A DNA stretch of 64,000 nt from Cycas panzhihuaensis (Eukaryota; Plantae; Cycadophyta), in NCBI GenBank assembly GCA_023213395.1, contig CM041465.1, positions 151,349,741 through 151,413,740 on the forward strand, in the 5' to 3' direction. The notes under the pieces were generated by a model, which had not been told where the DNA came from, ran no database searches, and worked only from the letters and a program-made list of their open reading frames with translations. The position numbers and the translations under genes were made by a program. Below, piece by piece: positions 12,085-24,775 of the stretch. Position 1 is the stretch's first letter. Every line of letters begins with the position of its first letter.

Positions 12085-15000
12085 TGTCATTGAAAAAAAC
12101 CAAAATGAATTTCCTTAAGTACAGATGAAGGATTTTGTTCATGAGTCCCTAGAATGTTGCAGGCGCATTGGTGAGGCCAAAGGGCATCACAAGAAACTCA
12201 TAGTGGCCCTCATGAGTTCAGAATATTGTTTTGTGAACATCTTCCACCCTAATCCTAATTTAATGGTACCCTAATCGAAGATCCAAGGATGTGAATATGG
12301 TAGCCACGTGCAATTCATCCAATAGTTCATCAATAACCGGTATAGGAGATTTGTCCTTAACTGTGATTTTGTTTAGTTCCCTATCATCAATGCACATCTA
12401 GAATGAGCCATCTTTTTTCCTAACCAAAATGATAGGAGCAAAGAAAGCACTTTTGCTCTCTTGAATGACTCCAACATCTAGCAACTCATGTACCAATTTT
12501 TCAATTTTGTACTTTTGTTGGTACAGGTATCTATATGGTTGTACACTAGGTGGGTTTCTCCCAGCGATGAGTTCAATGGCGTGGTCCTACTCTTTTTGTG
12601 GTGGTAGTCCTTTGGGGCATTCGGCAAAAACTTGAGGATGACTAAGTAGGACTTCTTGCAATTCTAGTAGTAGGTGATTGGTATGGAATGGAGTCGCTTC
12701 ACCTTAGGACTCTTGTCCAATAAGAGCATAACATCTTGTAATTAAGCATGTGCCTCCCTTCCGTATCAACTTCTCCATCCTATGTGAGACAATGACTTGA
12801 AATGGCGGCGGGGTGATCCCATTAAGTTGATACTGCCGACCCTCCCAGTTGAATCGCATGAACAACTCTTGGAAGTTAAGCTGAAAGGTGCCAAGTGTTT
12901 TTAACCACTAAACTCCTAAGACCACATCCACTCCTCCCATAGGGATGGCAAACATTGAAGTAGATAGATGGAACTCTCCCATGGTGAGTCGAACATTATG
13001 GTATTTTCCCCCATATGGTAGTATTCCCCCATTGGCGACCATGACCTGGAAGTTCTTTACTAGATACAGGAAGCAGTTGAGTTCTGCGGTGATTGTTTTA
13101 TTAATAAAAATATGGGTGTTGCCAGAATCAATTAATACTACCACTCTTTTTTTCTTGATGTATCCAATGATTTTGAGGGTTTGTGGGGTTGCGATTTCTG
13201 CTAAAGTATGGATTGAAATTTTTGTTGTTTTCTCCTCATCATCTATTGGTGCTTCTAGTGGCCCTGAAGATTCTGGACTATTCTTGTGTGACTATTCAAA
13301 AGCATATTCTTCCTCCAGTGCGCCCTCATTTGTGTTTTCAATAATAAATAATCGTTTCTTTGCACACTAGTGTTCTTTATGCAATTTTTGGTTGCATCAG
13401 AAACAAAGACCTTTTAACCTCTTTTGTCCATTTCCTAGGTTGTCATTCGGTGAATAGCTGGTGACTACGATGCAACTGGGACATGTTATGGCATTCTTCT
13501 ATCTGTATATGGTCACATTGGTTGTCAGAATGCCTTGTTCTTTGCTTCAATATTGCATCCTAACTTGATGGCTTTTGTGACGTTTGAGGGTTCAAGAGGC
13601 GAAGCTCATGCTTAACCTCATCTCGAAGGCCGCCGATGCATAATTCTAGCATTTGTTCTTCATTGAGGTTGTCAACTCGTGTAGAGAGATGTTAGTATGT
13701 AAAGGTGTATTCTAAAATTGTCCCCTCCTGTCTAATCTTTGTAAGTTGACTAAAATAATCATTGTCCCAAGTGTTTTCATACTAGGTCACCAAGTCCTTC
13801 ACGAAATTTCCCATCCATAATTGAGCCTACTAACCTTCTTTTTCACCCATTGGTACCACTAGTATGGCTCAGACTCCATGTGCAAGGAGGCTATTGCTAT
13901 TTTCTTATCACCAGGGACTTGGTGAAGGGCAAAATACTGCTACATCTGGGATACCCAAATTTGAACATTAGCACCATTGAATTTTTTTGGCTCTACCTTT
14001 GGGAGGAAGGTTGGTCTCCCACGTCTATTATCAAAGAGTTCATCATCCATATGAAAATTCATCTTTTCCTTCCCTTTGTAAAGGTGGTCCTCTTCTTTTA
14101 TTGGGTTATCCTTATTGGCAGTGCCCCTGTCCATTAGTTCAATCATGAACTCCTTAATGCGGTCCTCTAAGCCTTCCATTCCTTCAAGTTAGTCTACCAG
14201 GCCTTGTATTTTGTCATCTATTTCTTCTCTCAATGTAGTGATGGCCTCATTGAGATCGGAGTTCCATTCGGGAATGATGCTTTTGGGGGCCATTCTTTTA
14301 CCTGACCTTAGCTCAATCTTAAATTTCTTTTTTTGGCTTCAATTAAATCCGATTCTGATAGGAGCTCTAAATCTCTCTTGGATCACAGATATTCAGCTCT
14401 GACGTTTGGTGCCCTGTTTGGACCCTTAATTGAAATCCTTCTTAGTAGCTCGGTTTCAACTCTTCTATGGCCAAAAAGGGGTGGATGCAGTTTCCTCCCT
14501 TTAGAGGAGTGTCTGGTCTATAGGCCCTCCAATATATTGATCCTAGGTGTAAATAGTATCCACTGTAGAGGCCCTTCTCTACGCTGCAGTAGTACTATCC
14601 CATCTCTAGGGTACATGGAGAGTAACTTCCCAGGGCTAAGTGCTTACCGGTGCACTATAGATGATAGGCGTTGGATGGCTCACTAGGATGGGTTCAAGAA
14701 TAAACCTAGAAGGGGTATTTCGATATACTCGAGGTATGTGGAAGCTTTGTCTCATGACAGTCATTGTCTAAAGCCTGAAATTCATTTCTTCACATGCAAG
14801 AGTGGGCCAAAAATGATAGCTTGTTGGGATATTTTAAGACCTCTGGGCCGGAGTCTCTAACCTAACCAAGAGGTAGGTGCTGAGCATAGTTATCTACCTT
14901 TGGAACTACAACAAGAAGAATAATGAGGAAAGGGATGGGAAATGCCACTTGCTGCCACAACTCTAAAATATTGCAAAAAATCTCCCTATCATCCTTCCAG

Positions 15001-15510
15001 TACCCCGCCACTTTCACTACTTTCTGATCACCAAGATCCCATGAGGGTGAGGTGAGAGCATACAGTAGATAATTATGGTAGGACACCAAGAAAAATAAAA
15101 TTGCTCCAAAAATGGCCCTAGAAAGAGCTCTGATACCACTTGCAAGGAACCTTGTCACAATCCTAACAGTTAACAAGAACGCAATTTGCAAGTAAATCTC
15201 AAAAAACTTTATTGATCACAAAAGAGAACTTACAGTACTGGGCCTCTTCGAGGGGGCAACTTTCCAACTATGCAATGTCGCAATATTCTCCAATGCTTAT
15301 TACAATAGTGGAGCTACATATATATATGACTACTAGAGTTACTTATCCCTCTTAACTCATGCATGTGGGATAATTACAATAAGAGAAAAGTAAGAGACTA
15401 ATGGAGAGAGAGAGAGAGAAGAAGAAGAAGATACATCATGAAAATAGTAGAAGAAGGTAGATATATTGCAAAGAAGGTAGATACATCATAAGGAGGTTGG
15501 GTACATAACA
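12085..15510 (-). mobile_element. Element E: 3'-truncated Ty3/Gypsy (chromovirus-like) with 5' LTR, PBS, gag, PR and partial RT
   Basis: PBS (reverse) GCTCTGATACCA 15127-15138; LTR from 15141, far boundary approximate. LPKVEPKKFNG gag, VVLIDSGNTHIFI PR, RT broken just after the FF-NDIL site near 12090. Confidence 0.85.
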
Positions 15511-16884
15511 ATAAGCCCTAGTAGACTGATACAATAGAAAATATGGAAGTACTTTGCACTAGGCTAAGTTGAGAGGCTTGTAGAAAGGGGTGAGAGAAGC
15601 CCACAAAGAGCATACAAAAGGTGTTGAGAACGCTCGAAAAAAATTCTGACTTTTGAGGAACATTGAATGTTGTGGCTAATAAGTCAATGGAGAATAGGAA
15701 GGGCTAAGTTGAATATGGTGGATATTGGAAAAGGAGTCATCACAATGAAGATTTGAGGTGCCATCAATGTTAAGAGTTGAAAGTTGTAGGGTTGTTGACT
15801 ATGGAGATCGAGACGCTTGGATGTGAAGGATAAGTGTAGCTATTGGTGGATACTCCAACACATTGAGGAGAAGTGCCTATGTTAGTTGGGGAAGATCGAA
15901 CTCTCATGGAAATGCCAACGGGAACATCAATTAGAATTCAGAGTTGTAAACGTAGGGCAAAATTCAAATTTGAGGCTATTTAAAAATAATAATAATAATA
16001 ATTTTCTTTAGTTTGAGTTTAACTAAACTAGATTTTACAAAATTTTGAATTATAGGTTTGAGCTTCCAAGTCTGTTAGCCTATGCTCACATTGAGAAAAA
16101 GGGTTAAGCCAAATTCTTGCCTCCCCACCCTATGTTGTATTTTTTAATTTTTGAAAACACTATCAAATTTGTAATTAAATTTTCTCCACTCTTGAAGTAG
16201 CCACATTGCTCTAAGGTCACTATTTTTAGTCTCTTTTAGCAATATATCGGGCATATATTGTTCCACATGGTTCATATGGTTAGTGTGTTGGTTGCTACAA
16301 TTAAATGTGTTCATTGGTGAGAACCCATTTTAAGACAACCAATACAAATATTGAAGATGCTCAAAATGCCACATCTGTGGTGTGCTATGTGGTTTGCCTA
16401 TTATGTGCTTCAAAATTGATTGTGTGTTTTGGAGGTAAAAATTGCATGCGTAGTTCATGTTCGGGGTATCCTATGTAGATGATTGTGGGAGTTCTAACAA
16501 GTCATGGAAAGACCACTTGAAATATGGATTGATTTGTTGAGGAATTCAACAAGTGGAGTTGAGTTTCATGTCACACACTCATTAAGGATTTTGCAACCCT
16601 AAGATTTGACAAATATAAATACAAAAATACATGTGTTGATAAGCCATGTACATGAAGAACTTTGTAGCAAACTAGTGGTTATAGCAGCTAGTTACCATGT
16701 ATTTTGATAGATGGTTGATTCTTTATATGGACATCAACAAATCAAGTTTGAGAGTTAAGACAAGGTTCTTCTCAAGAACTGAAAAAGAAAAGGAGGAACC
16801 ACAAATGAAAGCACACTTGAAGCAACTTGTTTGGCGAAGATGAAGGGAATCTTTTTCAATAATGAATTAAATGCTATGGGGCAC

Positions 16885-17235
16885 TGTTGGAAATAATGAT
16901 TAATATATACTCATTGTAAATCATTAGTTGGTTATCCCTATTGAATTGTTGAGCACTCTCAAGTTGTGTGCATAGAGGTGCTCATGCTTCTAAGTGGTTC
17001 TTATAGGATTCTTAATGTGTAAGCATTAATAAATTATGTGATTATAGTCCATATTTTCATGTATTCTCATAGGTCATCTGAGAGGTTCTCCAATTTCATT
17101 AGTCCTTTATGAGGTTAATTATTTCTATAAATATGTACCAATTCTAATGCAATAGATGAAGATTAATTGTTTTTCGAATTCCTTTTATATTTTGAATTAG
17201 TGCATATTTCTTCTTTCTTTATCAAGGTATCATAG
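16885..17235 (+). repeat. Probable degenerate Copia-type LTR with PBS remnant
   Basis: TGTTGG start, TATAAA near 17126, ends TTTATCA followed by AGGTATCATAG (PBS-like). No partner LTR or TSD. Confidence 0.35.
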
Positions 17236-20200
17236 TTTTTTGTATAATATTCCTAACAAGAATCACTACTTTAAGTAGCTCATGTTGATATGCAAGGGGG
17301 TAGAACTATTGCTAGATGACTTGTTTGAAGATCTTCCATGTGACGATGGGAGGTTGGTTAGCTACAATCAAACTTTTTTCGTATACTAGATAAGGGCTTG
17401 GGTTGCCATGTGTACCTCTCCTACAATGATCTTCTAATGTGGGGAGTCAAGCTCAATAGGAAATTGGTCGAAGCCTTCCCCATCCTACACTTCACTATTT
17501 AAGGGATGGCTCATTAGTCAAAGGGTTATTATTGTGGGTATTTGGCAACATGATCCCAATCATACTACAAATTGTTGCAACTACATTTCTTCAACTATTT
17601 GATTAATTAGAATTAGTGAAACCTCAAAAATTACTTAGTAACAAATAGTTAGGTTTAGAAACTAGGTTAACTACTTTCTTTTGGTTTAAATTATTCAAAT
17701 TTCTTGCTTGGAGAGGGGTAGAACTGCCTGTAACTAGAAGGACTAATGGGAAGGTCCCAACTTGCTAGAAATTGCATCAACATTGAAAGTCTTCTATCCC
17801 CAAGATTTGTGAAACCCTTCTCAGTAAGCAATAAATGGAAACTATTTGATCATTTTCTCTCTATTTACTAGAAGATTTTCTTCTCTATTTTGTCTTTTTT
17901 TTGGCTCTCTTTTGTTTACCTTTGCATTCTACAATGTTGTATATAAGGAGGATGGATCAATTTGGTATCAAAGCTATAGGCTTATGTGGTCTGGACATGA
18001 TAACAGTATTTTGAAGTGGACGTATACCTTTGCTGGAAACTAGTAGACAAAGATGAGTTGCTAAAGCAAGAGAGATTTCTTTAGCATTGGCAAAAGCACA
18101 AGAAGAATTACAAGAAGAGTTCACAAAAGGATCTCGAAGATCGTTTTGATCAATTGCAAGCTAATTTACACCAAGTTCAAGCAAGAATGTAGGCACAGAT
18201 GGGTCAACTACTCGACACAATAGAAATAATGGTACTGACATCGAGTTTGCGAACCAATTCTACATAGGTTACAACTAATAGTAAACAATTCTCGACTCGC
18301 AAACCCATTTGAAGTATAAACAAGGATGGATATTAAGCCATTCAATGGCTCATTAGATGCTAAAAGGTTGGATTCATGGATCCAATATTGTTGGAGGTAT
18401 ATTTATGAAGCCAAGGGTATATTGATCAATAGAAGATAACCTTTGCAAGGTTAACAATGACAGGAAGTGCATTAATGTATTGGGAAAGCTTCTGTTAGAG
18501 ACAACAATAAGAAGGCTAGGTACCCATGGTGAGTGGGAAGAATTCATGAAAGTCTTGAGGAAGAAATTCTACCCAATGCGGTATGAGAACAAGTTGTGCA
18601 TCTAGTGGCAATAGTTGAGACAAAACCTTGGATAGCGAATACAAGAATACACCAATGAGTTTCATAAGATGACCATAAGGGTGAATGCAAATGAGAAGAA
18701 AGTCAGTTAATTTTGAAATACCTAGGAGTGCTACTCTCCTACATTAAATAAGAATTGGAGTTGTTTTTGATCTAGACACTAGAAGAAGCTGACCATAATG
18801 CATCAAAGATTGAAGCTAAAGGGAAGAAAGGCCTTTGATCTTCTTCTCATCCCTCAACATCACAAGGAAAAGGAGTCTCCTCGTCTACAACTCCAACCAA
18901 AAAACCTAGATATTTGGGGAATAAGAAGGAAGTTGTTCTATGTAACACTAGAACTAAGGGGAGAGAATCACTACATTGTAAACAATACAAGCTCTAAGAC
19001 CATAAGAAGTAGAATTATTAGTTCCTTCATTATGAGAAAAGGCCTAGGACTAATGCACATGCTCAAAAGGGAGAACAACTACAAACTCCAACAAATGAGT
19101 TTGTGTCCTACCCTAAAGCATTAATGGGGTGTGAAAAAGATTGAGTGTGACATAGTCCTAATCGATGTCTTTGGAATTATAGTAGCGTAGCCATAGCTAT
19201 GGGATCAGGATGTTGAATATTAGAGAAGATCAAACCAATATAAATTGGTAAAAGGACAAGAGAGCATTCCAAATAAATTTTGAAAAGATATAGGACAAGA
19301 TTGCTATTATGTCAATTGCATAAGCAAAGAGACTTGTTAATGCAAGTCAAAGGTTTATCCTATTGATGCTCAAGCCGAAGGAGGATAGCAACAAGCTTGT
19401 TAGTAAGAGAAGCTAAGCTACGCAAGAATCAACAATGCAAATTAAGGAGCAATGACATCAATTTGATGAGGTCTTGGCATTTTTTGCTAACATGTTTGAA
19501 GAACCTATTGGACTACCACCAATAGGAGATATGCAACACTCTATTGACTTGTAACCAAAACTCATTCTTCCTAACACCGCATTATACAAAAGCTCTATAC
19601 TAGATAATAAATAAGGCAAGAAGCAAGTGCAAGAGCTTTTAAAGAAGGGGTACGTCAGATCAAGCTCATCTCTATGTTGATTGCCAGTTCTTTTGGTTAT
19701 AAAGACAAATGAGTCATGGAGAATTTGCATAGATTATTGTGCACTAAACATGATGTTGATCAAAAATTGGTATCCACTTTCACATATTGAAGACTTGCTT
19801 GATTAGCTTGAAGGGGCAAGATATTTTAGTAAGATAGACCTAAAGTTAGGTTATCACTGTGTGAGGGTGGAAGAGAATGATGTATGTAAAACAACTTTCA
19901 AGACCAGAGAAGGACTGTACAAGTGGTTGGTGACGCCCTTTGGATTAGCCAATGCACCAACTATCTTTATACTCCTTATGAACAATGCTTTCATGTTGTT
20001 CCTGGATGCATTTGTCATTATTTACCATGATGATTTTTTGATTTCCAACAAGACATACAAGGAACACCTATTACATGATGGGGAAGCATTGAAACAACTT
20101 TGACAACATCAACAACAAGCAAACTTGAAGAAGTGCTCTTTTGCACAAAGGTCAATCTCATACTTGGGCTACATTATGGATTGCAATGGACTACATGTGG

Positions 20201-21420
20201 TTTTAGTGAAGATCAAAATCTTGTTGGATTGTCCACCTCCAAGAAATCTAATAGAATTGAGGAGTTTCACAAGACTCAATAACTTCTACTAGAAGTTCAT
20301 CTTGGGTTTTGCAGTGGTAAGATTGCCCTTGAATGAATTAACTAGAAATTTAGTAGCATTCCTTTGGACTAATCTTCAATAGGAAGCTTTTGAAGAATTG
20401 AACAAAGGTTTTGCTCAATGCTAGTCCTTGTGTCACCCAATGTGAAACTACCTTTCAAGATCAGAATTTATGCATTAGGATATGGTATGGGTGTTGTATT
20501 GACATAGTAAGGCAAATTGGTGGCATATCATAGTGAAACCTTTACTGGAGTTGTGAATAATTGCTCAACTTACGATCACAAAATATATGTCATTATGCAG
20601 GCAATAAAGCATTAACAGCAGTACATTTATAGCAAAGAAACAATGATCCATTATGATCATCAACTATTGTAATATCTACAAACCCAAACAAAGTTGGTGA
20701 ATAATCAATAATTGAAATGGGTGACCTATCTATAGTAGTTCCATCTCATAATTAAATACAAGGATGGGGTGGTGAACAAAGTCATAGATTTCTTGTCACA
20801 ACCTCTTGTTGCAGATTTCATGAATGTCATGGATGGCACAAACTTTGGAAAAGAAGCATGGAGAGACTTGTACACCACACATTCTGATTATGTAGAGATT
20901 GTAGCTAAACTCCACAAGAATTCAATACCAATTGAAGAAAAATGGAGAGATTACCACTTCAAGTTAAATCAATTGTACAAATTGAGACAACTTTGTGTGC
21001 CCATAGGAGGAAGTAGCACTTATTGATTTGAGAAGTGCATCACTCTTACATAACAAGTTACTTTGGGGTGAAAAAAATTTTGGCAAATCTGCAACGTTAT
21101 TTTCATTGGTCAAAAATGTTGCAAGATGTTACATGATTCACAAAAGGATGCATGTTATGTTGCATCTCCAAGCCAAACACCAAGAATCTTGGAAAGCACT
21201 TGCCATTGCCGGTGCCTTCGAGACCATAGAAATTGATTTCCATGGACTTTGCACATGTATGGTTGCATTTTGGGTTGCCATTTGCCATTGTTTCTGATTG
21301 TGATAGTAGTTTTTTGAGTTCATTTTGGACATCATTACGGGCCATGATGGATACCAAGCTCCAAAAATCTATAGCTTTCCATTTGCAAATTGATGGACAG
21401 TCTGAAGTGGTTAATCAGAT

Positions 21421-24400
21421 TGTAGCATTCCAAAATCTAGTCAAAACTATGCCATGTAACCATTCAAATTGAAGGCCTCTGAACAAGGATTCCAACAGTT
21501 CAGACGAAAGTCAATTCCGACATCTCAATCAAAAGTTATGGCCATTTAAAGTTAGCCTGCCAGTTTTTGAAGAAGTTCTGGCCGACTTCTATTTGAGCAG
21601 TTTTAAGAAGAATATTACCCAATCTGGCCGACTTCTATTACTTTCGTTTGGCCGCCTATTTAAGGAGGATTTGCGGCCTCATTTCAACATCGTCGGAGGT
21701 TCTTTTGTCGCGCATTTTCGGTTCTAGGGCTGCAATTAGCTCACCCATTTGGGGGCTGCAGTTTGGAGGGTTCCTCGCCTCGAAGAGGGAAGCTCACGTC
21801 TTCAGGAAAGACAGCATCTAGTTATTGTTTTTGTGGATTATTACTTGTATTTTTGAGAAAAATTGCTATAAAAGTAGAACTAGATCGCTACAAGTGGTAT
21901 CAGAGCTTCGTTTCGAGGGGAAAGGGTAGAGATAAAAGCTTAGAAAGGTCAAAATTTCCCCAAGGAAGTAGAAAGTAATTGAGGTTAGGGAAAAGCTCAT
22001 TCACAAGAAGATGGCAACCCAATCTAGAACCTTAGGAAAAAATTGAAGGTGTATCAGAATTAAACCAGAGCATAAGGGCTCTAACAATCCTAATCCAAAA
22101 GTTACTAGCAAAACGGATCAAGCAACACAAAATGTGTCAGGTAGATGGATGGATAACACCACCACATCAGGGATAGATCAAATGGATCAAGAAAATCAAG
22201 GAAATGAGACCAAGATATTCGATGGACGAGCTTACGAAAGGAGAACTCCCAACATGGATAATGGATGGAAAGGGACAGGATTATCTTTGGAAAAATTCGA
22301 TCCAGATGTATATCTAAGAATATCACTAATTGGGTCTTACAAATGGAGAACTATTTCAAGGTCTATAACTCCACAGCTAAGGAAAAGATGGAAATAGCAT
22401 CCTTACACTTAAACGGAAGGGCGTTAAGATGGTACTATTGGTGGAAAAAGATGAACTTACCAATGCAATGGACACAGGAGAATCTAAGAGCGAGATTAGT
22501 AAAGCAATATGACGATTCTTGGAATCTGATTACTTTTCTCGCTTAACACAATTACATCAAGAAGGAACAATCCAAGAGTACACGTACGCCCAAACGCTAC
22601 AATGTATGGTCTCAAAAAAGATACCGCAGAAATGTTTACTAGAGACTTATATTAGTGGATTGAAAAATCGATCAAATTTAGAGTTAAAGCAGCAGATCCA
22701 CCACAACTCCAAGTAGCAATTCAAATAGCAAGGAATGTGGAGGCAGAACTTAGAGATAGCAAATCGATATATACAAGGAAATATGGGCTACCAACATATC
22801 ATACCCAGAATCCTAATGGGGCCAAATCGGAGACAAAAGCAAACCCCCCATTAGCTATAAGAAATACAATAGAAAGCTCGGGAACAACAAAAGAGGAACA
22901 CATAAGGAAAGGGACGTGCTTCAAGTGTGGAGAGAAATGGAATAAGGAACACTGGTGCCTATCAAAAAAGGTTTTCATGATCAATAGCGATGATGCAGAA
23001 ATACCAGAAGCAGCACAAGAAGAAGTAGAAGACCGGAGCGTAGGAAGGCAGGAAAATGAACTTTTGGAAGTGGATACAGGGAATGTCCAAACATCCTTGC
23101 AGGCCATTACAGGGCGACTAGTATCCCCGCAAACCCTAAGATTACAAGGACAAATCAAGGGGAGACTGGTATCAATCTTGGTAGATAGTGGGAGTACACA
23201 CAATTTTATAAACAAGGCATCAGCAGAAAAACTGGGATTACAAGTGAAATCACTTAATACATTCTAGGTGTCAATAGCAAATGGGAGAACAACGCTGTGT
23301 GGGGGATACTGCAAAGACACAACTCTCCAGATCAATGATTACAAGGTCACAACTTGTATGTTTGCCATGCCCATAGGTGAAGTGGACGTAGTTCTGGGAA
23401 TTCAATGGCTACAAACGCTGGGTAACATTGTTACCAATTATATGACAAGATTTATGTGTTTAGAGCAAGAGGGACGCAAATACCGACTGCAAGCCTCAGC
23501 CACACCTCCAGTTCAGCTCATATCATCTCACATAATATCATGTTACAAAGTAGAAATAAAGAACGTTCCTCCACAGATTCAGGCAATCTTAGAAGAACAT
23601 CAAGGAGTTCTTGAAAAACCCCAAGGACGGCTACTAAAAAGGGAATTGGAACAGGCAATAGATCAGTTAAAATTGCCACCAGAAAGCAAAATCCGCAATA
23701 TCTTCCACATGTCTTGTTTAAAGAAAACGTTGGGCGAAAAGGAGGCTCCACAAACGAATTTACCAATACTGGATGAAGAAGGAATGATGATAGTGGAACC
23801 TAAGGGAATATTGAAGATTAGGGACAAGAATTTACGATCCAGGATAATGAAAGGATATCTCATCAAATGGAAGACATTGGAGCTTAAAGATGCAACGTAG
23901 GAGTCTGAAGAATGGATGCAGAAAAATGGGCCATTACTAATGCTTTGAGGGCAAAGCATGTTTTGAAGGGGAGGGACTTGTAGCATTCCAAAATCTAGTC
24001 AAAACTATGCCATGTAACCATTCAAATTGAAGGCCTCTGAACAAGGATTCCAACAGTTCAGACGAAAGTCAATTCCGACATCTCAATCAAAAGTTATGGC
24101 CATTTAAAGTTAGCCTGCCAGTTTTTGAAGAAGTTCTGGCCGACTTCTATTTGAGCAGTTTTAAGAAGAATATTACCCAATCTGGCCGACTTCTATTACT
24201 TTCGTTTGGCCGCCTATTTAAGGAGGATTTGCGGCCTCATTTCAACATCGTCGGAGGTTCTTTTGTCGCGCATTTTCGGTTCTAGGGCTGCAATTAGCTC
24301 GCCCATTTGGGGGCTGCAGTTTGGAGGGTTCCTCGCCTCGAAGAGGGAAGCTCACGTCTTCAGGAAAGACAGCATCTAGTTATTGTTTTTGTGGATTATT

Positions 24401-24450
24401 ACTTGTATTTTTGAGAAAAATTGCTATAAAAGTAGAACTAGATCGCTACA
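21421..24450 (+). mobile_element. Element C: young non-autonomous chromovirus derivative (gag-PR joined to integrase C-terminus/chromodomain; RT, RH and INT core deleted)
   Basis: 472-bp LTRs 21421-21892 and 23979-24450 with one mismatch seen. PBS 21895-21906; PPT 23965-23976. CFKCGEKWNKEHWC knuckle, ILVDSGSTHNF PR, junction EQAID|QLKLPPESKI, chromodomain YLIKWKTLELKDAT. Confidence 0.95.
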
Positions 24451-24452
24451 AA

Positions 24453-24775
24453 GGTAATGGTCTACTTGGTGGGGGGCCCTCTTCACTAACACCTCGAGGT
24501 TCTGGTGTAACGGTTCGTTACAAGTGGTATCAGAGCCAAGACCCGGGTTCAAATCCCGTGGGGGCAACACCGCTTATGGGGGCGGTGGGGTGACGCGCCA
24601 AACGTCGCCGATGCGCAAAACGCCGTCGTAGCCGGGGCCTGTGGGGCGCATGAACGCCGGTGAAAGCGGGGCTAGGCGGGGCTAGCCCGTTTGAACCGGG
24701 GGGGAGGTAATGGTCTACTTGGTGGGGGGCCCTCTTCACTAACACCTCGAGGTTCTGGTGTAACGGTTCGTTACA
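24453..24775 (+). mobile_element. 323-bp mini-TRIM (70-bp identical LTRs, tRNA-iMet PBS, GC-rich non-coding interior, PPT)
   Basis: Identical repeats 24453-24522 and 24706-24775 (GGTAA...TTACA). PBS TGGTATCAGAGCCA 24525-24538. G-rich PPT ~24698-24705. Confidence 0.93.
24503..24556 (+). promoter_or_regulatory. tRNA-type (type 2) Pol III internal promoter: A box in LTR, B box after PBS
   Basis: A box TGGTGTAACGG 24503-24513; B box GGTTCAAATCC 24546-24556 inside T-arm stem CGGG/CCCG; tRNA-like spacing of 43 nt start to start. Confidence 0.75.

Noticed and set aside
11035-12085. Segment between the Copia remnant and element E
   Set aside because: No motif or repeat partner identified; left unannotated.
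15403-15430. GA/GAA microsatellite
   Set aside because: Ordinary simple repeat within the LTR of E.
24495-24570. Functional tRNA gene (resembles tRNA-Gln at both ends)
   Set aside because: No convincing 7-bp acceptor stem or canonical anticodon loop, and the middle is the PBS. Kept only as a promoter-like module.
21763-24593. Repeated ORFs starting MEGSSPRRG
   Set aside because: TTG-started frames inside the C LTRs, with no domain evidence.
24453-24775. CRISPR-like or Cassandra repeat
   Set aside because: Only two repeats with PBS/PPT architecture, and no 5S rRNA similarity recognised.
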